DNA of 24,000 nt, from the NCBI RefSeq assembly GCF_027568575.1, contig NZ_JANUVP010000001.1. One strand, 5' to 3'. Shown here piece after piece: positions 1 through 8,811 of this stretch. Position 1 is the stretch's first letter. Each line of letters starts with the position of its first letter. This stretch comes from Caldifermentibacillus hisashii (GTDB taxonomy: Bacteria > Bacillota > Bacilli > Bacillales > Caldibacillaceae). The translations under genes and the position numbers were made by a program. Under the pieces are notes generated by a model. That model saw only the letters and a program-made list of their open reading frames with translations, was not told where the DNA came from and did no database searches.

Positions 1-798
1 TTCCTTTAATTGATTATTGGCTGAACCGGCGATGACTTTTGCCTTCAACTGAGGAATTGTTTCGTCATTTAAAATGGCGCCTAAAGCACAAGGTGAAAAC
101 ACATCACATTCGACAGCATAAATATCGGCAGGATCTACAGCTTCTGCCCCAAATTCATCTTGAACTCTTTTCACAGCTTCTTTATTAATATCTGTTACGA
201 TCAGTTTTGCCCCTTCTTCAAAAAGAAAACGGCAAAGATGATAAGCAACATTGCCTGCTCCTTGAACAGCAACCACTTTTCCTTCCAATGAATCATTTCC
301 AAAGTATTCTGATACAGCTGCTTTCATCCCTTTGTAAATGCCGTAAGCCGTCGCCGGTGAAGGATTTCCCGATGATCCAAAAGCAGGAGAAACACCTGTT
401 ACGAATTCCGTTTCTTGGTAAATAATATCCATATCTTCTACTGTTGTACCCACATCTTCCGCCGTTATATACCTGCCATTTAATCCTTGAATAAATCGAC
501 CGTAAGCACGGAACTTTTCTTCACTTTTATCGCTTTTCGGATCACCGATAATAACTGCTTTTCCGCCTCCTAAATTTAAACCGCTGGCGGCATTTTTGTA
601 AGTCATTCCCTTGGCAAGTCTTAAGGCATCAATAATGGCTGCTTCTTCTGAGGCGTATGTCCACATTCTTGTTCCCCCAAGAGCAGGTCCTAAGGTTGTA
701 TCATGTATGGCAATAATCGCTTTTAGACCTGAATTTTTATCTTGAACAAAATGCAATTCCTCATAATCAAACTCTTCCATATACCGAAAAATATCCAT
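1..798 (-). CDS. bcd: Leucine dehydrogenase (Glu/Leu/Phe/Val dehydrogenase family); first 266 codons, 3' end runs off the window
   Basis: Absent from the ORF track because there is no in-window stop. The minus-strand frame from ATG 798-796 stays open to position 1. It translates [48 protein letters not shown]...[15 protein letters not shown]...[13 protein letters not shown]...AGSANNQL, showing the LeuDH N-terminus, the catalytic GGGK loop and a GxGxxA dinucleotide fold. SD AGGAGGAGAG lies 8 nt upstream. Confidence 0.9.
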   Translation of the reverse strand, partial: MDIFRYMEEFDYEELHFVQDKNSGLKAIIAIHDTTLGPALGGTRMWTYASEEAAIIDALRLAKGMTYKNAASGLNLGGGKAVIIGDPKSDKSEEKFRAYGRFIQGLNGRYITAEDVGTTVEDMDIIYQETEFVTGVSPAFGSSGNPSPATAYGIYKGMKAAVSEYFGNDSLEGKVVAVQGAGNVAYHLCRFLFEEGAKLIVTDINKEAVKRVQDEFGAEAVDPADIYAVECDVFSPCALGAILNDETIPQLKAKVIAGSANNQLKE

Positions 799-845
799 TG
801 CTGCAACTCTCCTCCTGTTTGTAAAATTGAACTCATAGAATATAC

Positions 846-861
846 TGCAAAAACAATGCCA
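846..861 (-). promoter_or_regulatory. Sigma-54 (SigL) -24/-12 promoter for the leucine dehydrogenase / branched-chain keto acid operon
   Basis: The minus strand reads TGGCAT-TGTTT-TTGCA, against the consensus TGGCAC-N5-TTGCW. It sits about 50 nt upstream of the ATG at 798 and directly downstream of a sigma-54 activator gene. Confidence 0.8.
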
Positions 862-1011
862 TGAATAGGTGAAAATAATAATGGTTCATACCAAAAACGT
901 TTTTCGCATAAAATTTTGTCTAAAACCCCATTTTATACAACAAAAATCGAGGGCTTGGACAAAAATCCGGACTTGGGTTTCAACCGATAATGATGAAAAC
1001 ATCTGTTGATT

Positions 1012-1060
1012 CTGCAAGTATTTGCAAACCATGCAAAATTCCGCTTGCAAGAAATTGCAA
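1012..1060 (-). promoter_or_regulatory. Array of five TTGCA(A/T/G) repeats; candidate upstream activating sequence for the BkdR-like activator
   Basis: The minus strand, starting right after the bkdR stop, reads TTGCAA-tttc-TTGCAA-gcggaatt-TTGCAT-ggt-TTGCAA-atac-TTGCAG. Repeat starts are spaced 10, 14, 9 and 10 nt. The array lies about 150-215 bp upstream of the -24/-12 promoter. Confidence 0.45.
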
Positions 1061-2758
1061 TTATAAGCCGTATTTTTCCATTTTATAATATAAAGTTCGA
1101 ATCGAAACTCCCAGCTCTTTGGCTGTTTTTGTTTTATTTCCACGATGTTTATGTAAAATATGGCTAATAATCCTTTTCTCAAAGTTCTCCACCAAAGTAT
1201 ACAACGGTAAAGACGCTTCATTCGGATGATCTTGCTCTTGATTTTTTTGAAAGTTATATCCGAGTTTTGACAGATGCTTTATATCTATCCTATTTTCACT
1301 ATAGTCCATAAAAATAATTGCACGACCGAGTATATTTTCCAATTCACGAACATTTCCCGGCCAAGCATAGCGTTTTAACAGTTCAGCTGCTTCATTCGTT
1401 ATGCCCTCGACGTTTCTGCCGTAGTCATGATTTATTTTTTTGATTAAATGATCACAGAGCAACGGGATATCCTCTAAACGGGACCTTAAAGGTGGTATGT
1501 ATATTGGAATTCGGTTAAGTCGATAGAATAAATCCTCCCGAAAATTCCCCTTGCGTATTTCTTGTTCAAGATTTTTGTTCGTAGCCGCAATAATTCTCAC
1601 TTGAATCGAAATCGGCTTCGTTCCACCGACACGAATAATTTCCCGTTCTTGTAACACCCTTAACAATTTTGCTTGTGTACTCAATGATAACTCGCCAATT
1701 TCGTCAAGGAAAATACTCCCATTATTAGCTTCTTCAAAATAACCCTTTTTGCCGCCACGTTTTGCACCGGAAAAGGCTCCTTCTTCATAGCCAAACAGTT
1801 CACTTTCTAATAATGATTCAGAAATTGCCGCACAATTTACCCGAATAAAATGGTTATATTTGCGACCACTTTCATTATGGATCGCATGGGCAAATAATTC
1901 CTTTCCAGTACCTGATTCACCTCTTAGCAAAACCGTTGCCGGGGTCTTGGCCGCGATTCTTGCCTGCTCAATGGCAATAAGCATCTCTTCAGATCGTCCG
2001 ACAATATCGTCAAAGTTATATTTCGCCTCCAATGTCCGAATTCGTTCTTTTGCTCTTTGTAATTCGGTTGTCAGCTCCCGAATTTCCGACATATCATGAA
2101 TGATTCCGACACTGCCTTTTAGCTGACCATCCACAATAATGGGGGCAACATTAACCGCAACCTCTTTTTTCTTAGGACCGACAAGCATTTTAACCCCTCG
2201 AACCGGTTTTTTTGTTTTTAGTACATGAAAATGCATGCTCTCCCCTTTATAAATATCTGTAGTTGCAGGCTTTCCTAGTACATCTTCTTCCGTTAATCCG
2301 GTTATCCGAGTATAGGCGGGGTTAATTAAAATCCCATTTCCGTTTTCATCAACAACGGATATTGCATCATTACTGGAATGGATAATCGCCTTAAGCATGA
2401 CATCGCCTTTTATTGTTTCACTTTGTAATTCTCGAATCAATTGTTCTTTTTCTTTAAAAAGGTGAACGATCATTTCGGCGATTGACCCCGGAACGATGAT
2501 AAAATCCTCCTTAAACTGTTGAAGTTCTTGGTATACTTGTTCATCACCCGTCACATCAATAATGATATCAATTTCTTTATCAATAAATGTACGCCAATCG
2601 TTCCCGTACGGAATCCCTTCTTTTTTTGCAATAAGAATCCCGGGTGCCTGCAAATTTTTATCAATGATCACCCTCGTTTTTAGCGTCTTCATTTCACTTA
2701 AAAGGTTCAAAATTGCAGTACCGCCTTTTCCGGCTCCAATTACCATGACGCTTTGCAA
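1061..2758 (-). CDS. bkdR: Sigma-54-dependent transcriptional activator (N-terminal GxGxxG module, PAS, AAA+ sigma-54 interaction domain, Fis-type HTH), BkdR-like
   Basis: Walker A GESGTGKE, the sigma-54 contact loop [15 protein letters not shown] (GAFTGA type), Walker B IFLDEIGE, and a C-terminal [30 protein letters not shown]-like segment reads [24 protein letters not shown]. The gene sits beside the sigma-54 promoter and leucine dehydrogenase. TTG start, with GGGGGTG SD. Confidence 0.85.
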   Translation of the reverse strand: MQSVMVIGAGKGGTAILNLLSEMKTLKTRVIIDKNLQAPGILIAKKEGIPYGNDWRTFIDKEIDIIIDVTGDEQVYQELQQFKEDFIIVPGSIAEMIVHLFKEKEQLIRELQSETIKGDVMLKAIIHSSNDAISVVDENGNGILINPAYTRITGLTEEDVLGKPATTDIYKGESMHFHVLKTKKPVRGVKMLVGPKKKEVAVNVAPIIVDGQLKGSVGIIHDMSEIRELTTELQRAKERIRTLEAKYNFDDIVGRSEEMLIAIEQARIAAKTPATVLLRGESGTGKELFAHAIHNESGRKYNHFIRVNCAAISESLLESELFGYEEGAFSGAKRGGKKGYFEEANNGSIFLDEIGELSLSTQAKLLRVLQEREIIRVGGTKPISIQVRIIAATNKNLEQEIRKGNFREDLFYRLNRIPIYIPPLRSRLEDIPLLCDHLIKKINHDYGRNVEGITNEAAELLKRYAWPGNVRELENILGRAIIFMDYSENRIDIKHLSKLGYNFQKNQEQDHPNEASLPLYTLVENFEKRIISHILHKHRGNKTKTAKELGVSIRTLYYKMEKYGL

Positions 2759-2918
2759 AACCCCACCCCCACGCTCTAGCTCTACTATAAAATTGTGTAG
2801 TCCGCAATTCTTTGTTTCCTAACACAGTTTGCCTATAGGAGTAACAAAAAAATGCGATTACATAGCCCCTGCCCGTAACGGAAATGTCGATTGAAACAAA
2901 GATAAATCCATTATGGGT

Positions 2919-2945
2919 ATTATACCACAACGGGTCTATTTGCAA
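2919..2945 (-). promoter_or_regulatory. Candidate sigma-A promoter for bkdR (extended -10)
   Basis: The minus strand reads TTGCAA-15 nt-TATAAT, with TGg immediately upstream of the -10 (TGnTATAAT). It lies about 160 nt upstream of the bkdR start. Confidence 0.45.
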
Positions 2946-3029
2946 GGGTAGAAATGAAAGAATTAGGAAAATAAACACAACTTTATCTTGCAATGGAGTA
3001 AAGAGCGGATGAACAAAAAGTCAGTTTTC

Positions 3030-3058
3030 TTGACATTCCATTCGTTTTTTATCATATT
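3030..3058 (+). promoter_or_regulatory. Candidate sigma-A promoter for the small membrane-protein gene
   Basis: TTGACA (3030-3035), a 17-nt spacer, then CATATT (3053-3058), about 33 nt upstream of the ATG at 3091. Confidence 0.4.
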
Positions 3059-3090
3059 GAATGCATAAAATTATTTAAAGGGGGCTTTCA

Positions 3091-3330
3091 ATGGGCCGTG
3101 TTTTCGCATTTTTTCTTGCAGCAATCCCCATTAGCTTATCAGTCATCGGTGTGAAATTAATCCGGGATAGCTTGTTTCAAATCATTTATTGGCCGTTTGC
3201 TTTTCCTTGGCTACAAACGATTGTCGGGATTGTCCTGTTTTTGTTGGGTCTTTCCTTTATCGGCGGATTTATTTACCACCGTGATAAAAAAAGAAATAAA
3301 GTGACAAAACGCCGCTTTACCCGTCGGTAA
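3091..3330 (+). CDS. yqzF: Small two-TM membrane protein with a basic C-terminal tail, YqzF/DUF2627-like
   Basis: 79 aa with two hydrophobic segments (FAFFLAAIPISLSVIGV and IVGIVLFLLGLSFIGGFI), followed by HRDKKRNKVTKRRFTRR. SD AAAGGGGG lies 7 nt upstream of the ATG. This is the only plus-strand gene, and a yqzF homolog neighbours bkdR in B. subtilis as I recall it. Confidence 0.65.
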   Translation: MGRVFAFFLAAIPISLSVIGVKLIRDSLFQIIYWPFAFPWLQTIVGIVLFLLGLSFIGGFIYHRDKKRNKVTKRRFTRR

Positions 3331-3346
3331 AATAGTCGGCGTTTTT
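3306..3346. terminator. Possible bidirectional terminator between the convergent yqzF-like and phosphodiesterase genes
   Basis: AAAACGCCG (3306-3314) pairs with CGGCGTTTT (3337-3345) as a 9-bp stem, with T-runs on both strands. The 22-nt loop is large, so this is weaker than a textbook terminator. Confidence 0.4.
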
Positions 3347-3352
3347 GTTCAC

Positions 3353-4075
3353 TTACACGGTTTTTAATTCCTTTGCTTTTTTCGGAAAATCAGTGATTAT
3401 CGCATGTGTATTACAATTCAAAAACCTCTTTATATCTTCATCTTGATTGACTGTGTATGGACGGACTTTTATTCCATGATTTTGCGATAATGTGATCAAT
3501 TCATCGGGGATGACCCGATAATTCGGGTGGATCCCCTTAGCACGAATCGATTGAGCATAAATCCAAGGCATAAACAGACCTTCAGCATATAAGGGAGCCG
3601 TTTCAATTTCAGGAGCAAGTCGATAACAGTAAACAAGGGAGTAATGATTAAAAGAAGAAAAAATGACGCGCTCTTCCAATTTATTTTTTTTGACCATAGC
3701 CACCGTTTTCTCTTCTAATTCATAATTGGAAATTGATTTCGTTTTAAACTCTATATTTACAAATAAATTAGTGCCTTTGAACCATTCAAAAAACTCGTTC
3801 AAGGTCGGGATTTCTGCTTTAAATTGACCATTTTGAAATTTCGCTCCCGCATTCAACTTTTTAATATCTTTCAATAACAAATTATTTATATACCCTTTAC
3901 CGTCAGTCGTTCTATCTACTTTTTCATCATGAATAATGATGACTTCTCCATCTTTTGTTAATTGAACATCCAATTCAATACCGTCTGCACCGGCCCGTTC
4001 TGCCTCTTGAAAAGAAATCATTGTATTTTCAGGGTGCGTACCTGCTGAACCGCGATGCCCAAAAATATATGTCAT
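3353..4075 (-). CDS. yqiK: Glycerophosphodiester phosphodiesterase (GlpQ/UgpQ family)
   Basis: 240 aa. The N-terminus IFGHRGSAGTHPENTMISFQEA...GADGIELDVQLTKDGEVIIIHDEKVDRTT is the GDPD catalytic signature (HR...EN...E.D...HD). Confidence 0.85.
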   Translation of the reverse strand: MTYIFGHRGSAGTHPENTMISFQEAERAGADGIELDVQLTKDGEVIIIHDEKVDRTTDGKGYINNLLLKDIKKLNAGAKFQNGQFKAEIPTLNEFFEWFKGTNLFVNIEFKTKSISNYELEEKTVAMVKKNKLEERVIFSSFNHYSLVYCYRLAPEIETAPLYAEGLFMPWIYAQSIRAKGIHPNYRVIPDELITLSQNHGIKVRPYTVNQDEDIKRFLNCNTHAIITDFPKKAKELKTV

Positions 4076-4152
4076 GCTAACACCCGCTTTGCTTGTTTTA
4101 ATTTTATTTTACACAGCTCTAATTTCCTCGTAAACTTTGTCCAATACATACT

Positions 4153-4944
4153 TTAGGAAGCTTGGTGTTCCAGCCGCAATTTGTCTGCAACCATCGCGAT
4201 GAACTCTGAATTTGTCGGCTTTGCTTTTGACATACTTACGGTATATCCAAACAAATTTGATATCGATTCAATATTGCCGCGGGACCACGCTACTTCAATG
4301 GCATGACGGATGGCCCGTTCTACCCTGCTGGCTGTCGTATTGTATTTTTTAGCAATATCCGGATATAACACTTTTGTAATTGAACCTAATAATTCGATAT
4401 CATTGTACACCATCGAGATCGCATCCCTTAAATACATATATCCTTTAATATGGGCTGGTACGCCGATTTCATGAATAATATTGGTAATACTGGCATCCAG
4501 ACTTTTGTTGGCACGGGGTTGAATAACCGCTTGACTCAAATTATTGTTTGCCATATTATTTTTCGGTAAAAGACCGATTCTAAAAACATTTCGGATTTGT
4601 TCAACCAACTGGTCCATATTGAACGGTTTTAAAACAAAATATGATGCACCCAATTCAAGTGCTTTTTTTGTGACATCTTCTTGACCAAATGCGGTTAGCA
4701 TAATAACTTTTGGCATGTATTCTTTTTCCTTTAATCGTTCTAAAACCGCAAGACCATCCAAATGAGGCATAATAATATCCAATAATAAAACATCCGGTTT
4801 TAATTGATCAATCATTTTTAAACAATCTTGCCCATTAAATGCTATATCAACAACTTCCATCCCTTCTTGACTATTTATGTAATTTTTTAATAAATTAGTT
4901 AGTTCTTTATTGTCATCAACAATACAAACTTTAATATTTTCCAC
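4153..4944 (-). CDS. spo0A: Sporulation master response regulator Spo0A
   Basis: 263 aa. A receiver domain (VDDN...[18 protein letters not shown]...LTAFGQEDV...KPF) is followed by the invariant Spo0A DNA-binding C-terminus ([18 protein letters not shown]...[22 protein letters not shown]...[21 protein letters not shown]). GTG start with SD AGGGAGGA. Confidence 0.97.
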   Translation of the reverse strand: MENIKVCIVDDNKELTNLLKNYINSQEGMEVVDIAFNGQDCLKMIDQLKPDVLLLDIIMPHLDGLAVLERLKEKEYMPKVIMLTAFGQEDVTKKALELGASYFVLKPFNMDQLVEQIRNVFRIGLLPKNNMANNNLSQAVIQPRANKSLDASITNIIHEIGVPAHIKGYMYLRDAISMVYNDIELLGSITKVLYPDIAKKYNTTASRVERAIRHAIEVAWSRGNIESISNLFGYTVSMSKAKPTNSEFIAMVADKLRLEHQAS

Positions 4945-4992
4945 AAGACATCCTCCCTATACAAAATCTCTTTATTCATTGTAAATAAAATT

Positions 4993-4999
4993 TTCGACA
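4993..4999 (-). promoter_or_regulatory. Perfect 0A box (TGTCGAA) in the spo0A upstream region
   Basis: TTCGACA on the plus strand equals TGTCGAA on the spo0A sense strand, about 50 nt upstream of the GTG start. A GAAT / TACAAT -10-like element follows at 4973-4982. Spo0A autoregulation through 0A boxes is established in B. subtilis. Confidence 0.55.
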
Positions 5000-5140
5000 C
5001 TTCCAATAAAAATCCCTTTAATTTTTTAAAAAAATGTCCTTTTTCCTATATTTCTTACTTTTTTCTACAACATGTGACATTTTTCTTTTTTTATCGGTAA
5101 AAATTTCAATTTGGCCCACTTCGAATTTTAGGTAAAAGCG

Positions 5141-5173
5141 AAAAAAAAAACGAGAAGCCCGTTTGGGTCTCGT
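5141..5173 (-). terminator. Rho-independent terminator after spoIVB
   Basis: The minus strand directly after the TAA stop reads ACGAGACCC-AAAC-GGGCTTCTCG (3 + 6 bp stem with a 2-nt bulge), followed by T10. Confidence 0.8.
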
Positions 5174-6457
5174 TTAACTTGCTTTTTCTTCATTCTCATA
5201 TATATTTATGCCGGCTTCATTTAACATCCACTCAATATGAACGCCGTAGCCGCTTGTCGGATCATTGACAAAAACATGGGTTACCGCCCCGATCAATTTA
5301 CCGTCCTGAATGATTGGACTACCACTCATTCCTTGGACAATTCCCCCCGTTTTTTCCAATAGCTTCGGATCCGTTATTTTTAATACCATTCCTTTTGTGG
5401 CCGGAAATTTTTGTGGAATGGAACTGATGATTTCAATATCAAACAATTCCACTTTGTCATTATCAACAACAGTCAATATTTTTGCCGGTCCTTTTTTTAC
5501 TTCATGGGATAATGCAATTGGAATCGGCTCATTCATAACCGGATTCGATAAAGTTTTATGGATTGTTCCATATATGCCAAACTGATTATTTTTTTCGATA
5601 TTCCCAATCGTATTCCTTTGATTTAAAAATTTGGCCAATTTTTCCCCCGGTACACCATTCGCACCTTTTTGAATGGAGGTTACGGTTGAAGGAACAATAT
5701 ATCCATCTTTTACAACGATCGGTAATTTTGTATCCATATCTGATATGACATGTCCCAGCGCCCCATATTTTTTCGACTTTGGATCATAAAATGTTAATGT
5801 TCCAATTCCGGCGGCTGAGTCACGAATATAGAGACCTAATTTGTAATTACTATCCCCTTTTTCTTGCTGTGGTGTTAATTGGGTTTCGAATTCTTTATCT
5901 TCTCTTTGAATGCCTAGTTGCAAAGGTTCCCCTTTTTCCCCCGCTTCTTGTACGAAGGAACCCACTTCATTGATGGATTCAATGGTTTTTCCGTTAATTT
6001 TTGTAATTAAGTCACCGATTTTAATCCCTGCTTCTTCACCAGGGGAAACCTTACCTGCATCGGTCTCTACTTGATGATAACCGACGACCAAAACCCCTTT
6101 TGAATTTATTTTTACACCAATGGATTGTCCGCCGGGGATGACCTTAAAATCCTTCAACACGTTTACATGTACTTTTTTGATTGGTAAACCTGCTATATGG
6201 TAAACGACTTCACTTTCACCTTTTTGTTTTGCTTGAAGCTGTATTTCATTTTCCTTTTGAAGTTGTAGATGATCCCGGTCACCATTCGCCTCTACAAAAG
6301 TTGCAGTGGGTAAAGTGAAAGTCTGCCCTTCAAAAAACGTGATCTCATTCGGTATTTTCAGTATTCTTCCGACTGGTGAAAAAAAAGTAAGTAAAACGAA
6401 AGAAACAAGGAGAATATACCCAAATCTTTTTCTAATTTTGTCTCTGTCCATTTCCAT
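5174..6457 (-). CDS. spoIVB: Sporulation stage IV signalling serine peptidase SpoIVB (PDZ + peptidase S55)
   Basis: Conserved motifs include PGGQSIGVK, a PDZ segment ([20 protein letters not shown]), [28 protein letters not shown] and the catalytic region [40 protein letters not shown]. The ORF-track start at 6517 is probably too long. The SD GAGGAGAG precedes ATG 6457 and ATG 6451, and the homolog N-terminus (..IRK..G.ILLVS) aligns there. Confidence 0.93.
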   Translation of the reverse strand: MEMDRDKIRKRFGYILLVSFVLLTFFSPVGRILKIPNEITFFEGQTFTLPTATFVEANGDRDHLQLQKENEIQLQAKQKGESEVVYHIAGLPIKKVHVNVLKDFKVIPGGQSIGVKINSKGVLVVGYHQVETDAGKVSPGEEAGIKIGDLITKINGKTIESINEVGSFVQEAGEKGEPLQLGIQREDKEFETQLTPQQEKGDSNYKLGLYIRDSAAGIGTLTFYDPKSKKYGALGHVISDMDTKLPIVVKDGYIVPSTVTSIQKGANGVPGEKLAKFLNQRNTIGNIEKNNQFGIYGTIHKTLSNPVMNEPIPIALSHEVKKGPAKILTVVDNDKVELFDIEIISSIPQKFPATKGMVLKITDPKLLEKTGGIVQGMSGSPIIQDGKLIGAVTHVFVNDPTSGYGVHIEWMLNEAGINIYENEEKAS

Positions 6458-6610
6458 CCACTCTCCTCGCTTCATGTCCACACAAAGGTTACATTTATAA
6501 TCTTGCCGATAAAGCAAGCAATTATAATGACAGAAATAAAAAAAATACTGTAGAGAATGGATATTTTTGGACGAACTCTTATTTATACTTTTAAAAATGA
6601 ACTTATCAAT

Positions 6611-8302
6611 TTAACTGAGCGTATTTTTTAATTCCGCAGCACTTTGTAACATCTCTTTCGCATGTTGTTCGGTTGCTGTCGTAATTTGTGCACCCGAAAT
6701 CATCCGGGCCAGTTCACCGATCCGTCCCTCTTCAGTTAACTTGGACAGGATGGTTTTTGTCCGATTGCCCTTTACTTCTTTTTTAATTAAGATATGATGA
6801 TCGGACATCGCCGCAACTTGCGGTAAATGGGTAATGGATAGCACTTGAGAACCAACTGATATTTGGTAAATCTTTTCGCCGATTGCTTGGGCAACACGAC
6901 CGCTTACACCTGTATCCACTTCATCAAAAATGATCGAAGTAATTCCTTGATGTGAAGAAAAGATGGTTTTTAATGCCAGCATGATTCGGGACAATTCACC
7001 ACCCGAAGCAATTTTTGTCAACGGTTTCGGCGGTTCACCCGGGTTTGTACTCATATAAAATTCAACCTGGTCCATTCCGTTCGGATAAAACTTTTGGGAC
7101 TGTTCTAAGAAGTATACATGAAAAACCGTTTTTTCCATATAAAGACTTTTTAATTGTTGATGAATAGCATGGGCAAGTTTTTTGGCAGTTTTTTTCCGTA
7201 AATCCGTTAAATTTTTTCCTTCTACTGCTAAATCTTTTTCCACAGACTTTAGTTTTTTATTCAACGATTCAATATGATTTTCTTTATTGGAAATCATTTC
7301 AATTTCTTCTTCAATTTTTGAAGCATATTCAAGAATCATTTCAATTGTTTGACCGTATTTTCTCTTCAATTGGTTAATTTCATTTAAACGAGTCTCTATT
7401 TCATTCAACCGGTTTGGATCAAATTCCATTTCATCTAATTGTGATCGGAGTGAATGAACCACATCCTCTAACTGATAAAAACTGTTGGATATAATTTGTC
7501 GAGTATCATTGTAGGCTTCATCAATGCCGGCTGCTTCTTCAATATTGGAAAGAGCTAAACTGACCCAATCCAAACCTTTTTGCTCACCTTGTAAAGCTTC
7601 ATATGCGGTAAGAATGGAATGATAAAGTTTTTCAAAATTATTCAGTTTCCTTTTTTCCGTTAATAATTCTTCATCTTCGCCAATGGTAAGTTCAGCATTG
7701 GTAATTTCCTCGAGCTGAAATGTTAATAAATCTAATCGTTGGGCCATCAGTTGTTCATTTTGGGTAAGGGCAGCAATATCCTTTTTGATTTTTTCATATT
7801 CGCGATAAAGCGTTTGATATTCAGTTAATGCTTTTTGAACAGCTTGTCCACCAAATTGATCAAGTAAAGTCAGATGGTTTTTTTCATCCATAAGTTCTTG
7901 ATTTTCATGTTGTCCGTGAATGTCAACTAATGTGCGGCCGATTTCCCGGAGTGTTGCAATGGTAACTAGTTTTCCGTTTATTCGACAAACACTTTTACCG
8001 GAAGCGTACATGTCCCTTTTGAGAACAATCATACCATCTTCCATTTCGATTCCAAAAACGGCTAATTTTTCAATGGAAGGATGATCATCTTCAACTAAAA
8101 ATAACCCTTCTATCTCCGCTTTTTCTTCCCCGTGCCGAACAAAATCAGACGAGCCTCTCCCACCGATCAAAAGATGAATTGCATCGATAATGATTGATTT
8201 TCCTGCACCGGTTTCTCCGGTTAATACAGTGAAACCTTTTTGAAATGAAATTGAAATTGATTCAATGATCGCAAAGTTTTTTATCGCAAGTTCTGCCAAC
8301 AA
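6611..8302 (-). CDS. recN: DNA repair / recombination protein RecN (SMC-like ATPase)
   Basis: 563 aa. The N-terminus MLAELAIKNFAIIESISISFQKGFTVLTGETGAGKSIIIDA carries Walker A. A long coiled-coil middle follows, then the C-terminal signature ASGGELSRIMLALK and Walker B IIFDEVDTG. TTG start with SD GGAGAGGG. Confidence 0.95.
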   Translation of the reverse strand: MLAELAIKNFAIIESISISFQKGFTVLTGETGAGKSIIIDAIHLLIGGRGSSDFVRHGEEKAEIEGLFLVEDDHPSIEKLAVFGIEMEDGMIVLKRDMYASGKSVCRINGKLVTIATLREIGRTLVDIHGQHENQELMDEKNHLTLLDQFGGQAVQKALTEYQTLYREYEKIKKDIAALTQNEQLMAQRLDLLTFQLEEITNAELTIGEDEELLTEKRKLNNFEKLYHSILTAYEALQGEQKGLDWVSLALSNIEEAAGIDEAYNDTRQIISNSFYQLEDVVHSLRSQLDEMEFDPNRLNEIETRLNEINQLKRKYGQTIEMILEYASKIEEEIEMISNKENHIESLNKKLKSVEKDLAVEGKNLTDLRKKTAKKLAHAIHQQLKSLYMEKTVFHVYFLEQSQKFYPNGMDQVEFYMSTNPGEPPKPLTKIASGGELSRIMLALKTIFSSHQGITSIIFDEVDTGVSGRVAQAIGEKIYQISVGSQVLSITHLPQVAAMSDHHILIKKEVKGNRTKTILSKLTEEGRIGELARMISGAQITTATEQHAKEMLQSAAELKNTLS

Positions 8303-8355
8303 GTTTTTCCCTCTCCTTTATTGACTACATTTTTTGAAGTTGGATGTATTGGCCG

Positions 8356-8811
8356 TTAAGCAAGCATATTGATTAATCTATCTTTAATTCGTTCCCCGTC
8401 TTCCGGTGTAGCAACAATAATCAAACAAGTATCATCTCCGCAAACAGTTCCTAAAATTTCATCCCAATCAAGTTGGTCAATCAAATTCCCTACCGCATTC
8501 GCATTACCCGGTATCGTTTTTAAAATGATAAAATGATCGACCATATTTATTTTTACAAAGGCATCGACTAAAAGTTTTTGCAATTTTTCCATTGGGTTAT
8601 ATCTTTGATCCGATGGGAGACTATACTTATAAAGTCCGTTTTTTGATGGTATTTTCACGAGATGAAGCTCTTTGATGTCACGGGAGATTGTGGCTTGCGT
8701 TACATTAAAGCCGGCGTTTTTTAATTGTTCAACAAGTTCATCCTGTGTTTCAATATCATATTTGGCTATGATTTCCCGTATTTTTAAATGACGTTGCAGT
8801 TTACTCATCAT
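8356..8811 (-). CDS. argR: Arginine repressor ArgR/AhrC
   Basis: 151 aa. The winged-helix N-terminus reads [47 protein letters not shown]. The oligomerisation/arginine-binding C-terminus reads [14 protein letters not shown]...[13 protein letters not shown]. Tandem ATG ATG; the start could be 8811 or 8808. Confidence 0.93.
   Translation of the reverse strand: MMSKLQRHLKIREIIAKYDIETQDELVEQLKNAGFNVTQATISRDIKELHLVKIPSKNGLYKYSLPSDQRYNPMEKLQKLLVDAFVKINMVDHFIILKTIPGNANAVGNLIDQLDWDEILGTVCGDDTCLIIVATPEDGERIKDRLINMLA

Noticed and set aside
893-965. A-tracts and AT palindromes (AAAAACGTTTTT at 893-904, AAAATTTT at 910-917, A5 runs at 942 and 961) between the TTGCA array and the sigma-54 promoter, as possible intrinsic DNA bending.
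   Set aside because: The A-tract starts are spaced 17, 12, 20 and 19 nt, which is not in helical phase. Intrinsic curvature cannot be argued from sequence alone.
6521-6610. Forespore (sigma-G/sigma-F) promoter for spoIVB. CATTATA on the sense strand (6529-6523) matches the sigma-G -10 CATXHTA and also contains TATAAT.
   Set aside because: No GHATR (sigma-G) or GCATR (sigma-F) -35 element lies at the required 18- or 15-nt spacing. The best nearby match is GTATT at 14 nt. A -10-like heptamer alone in very AT-rich DNA is not enough to call a promoter.
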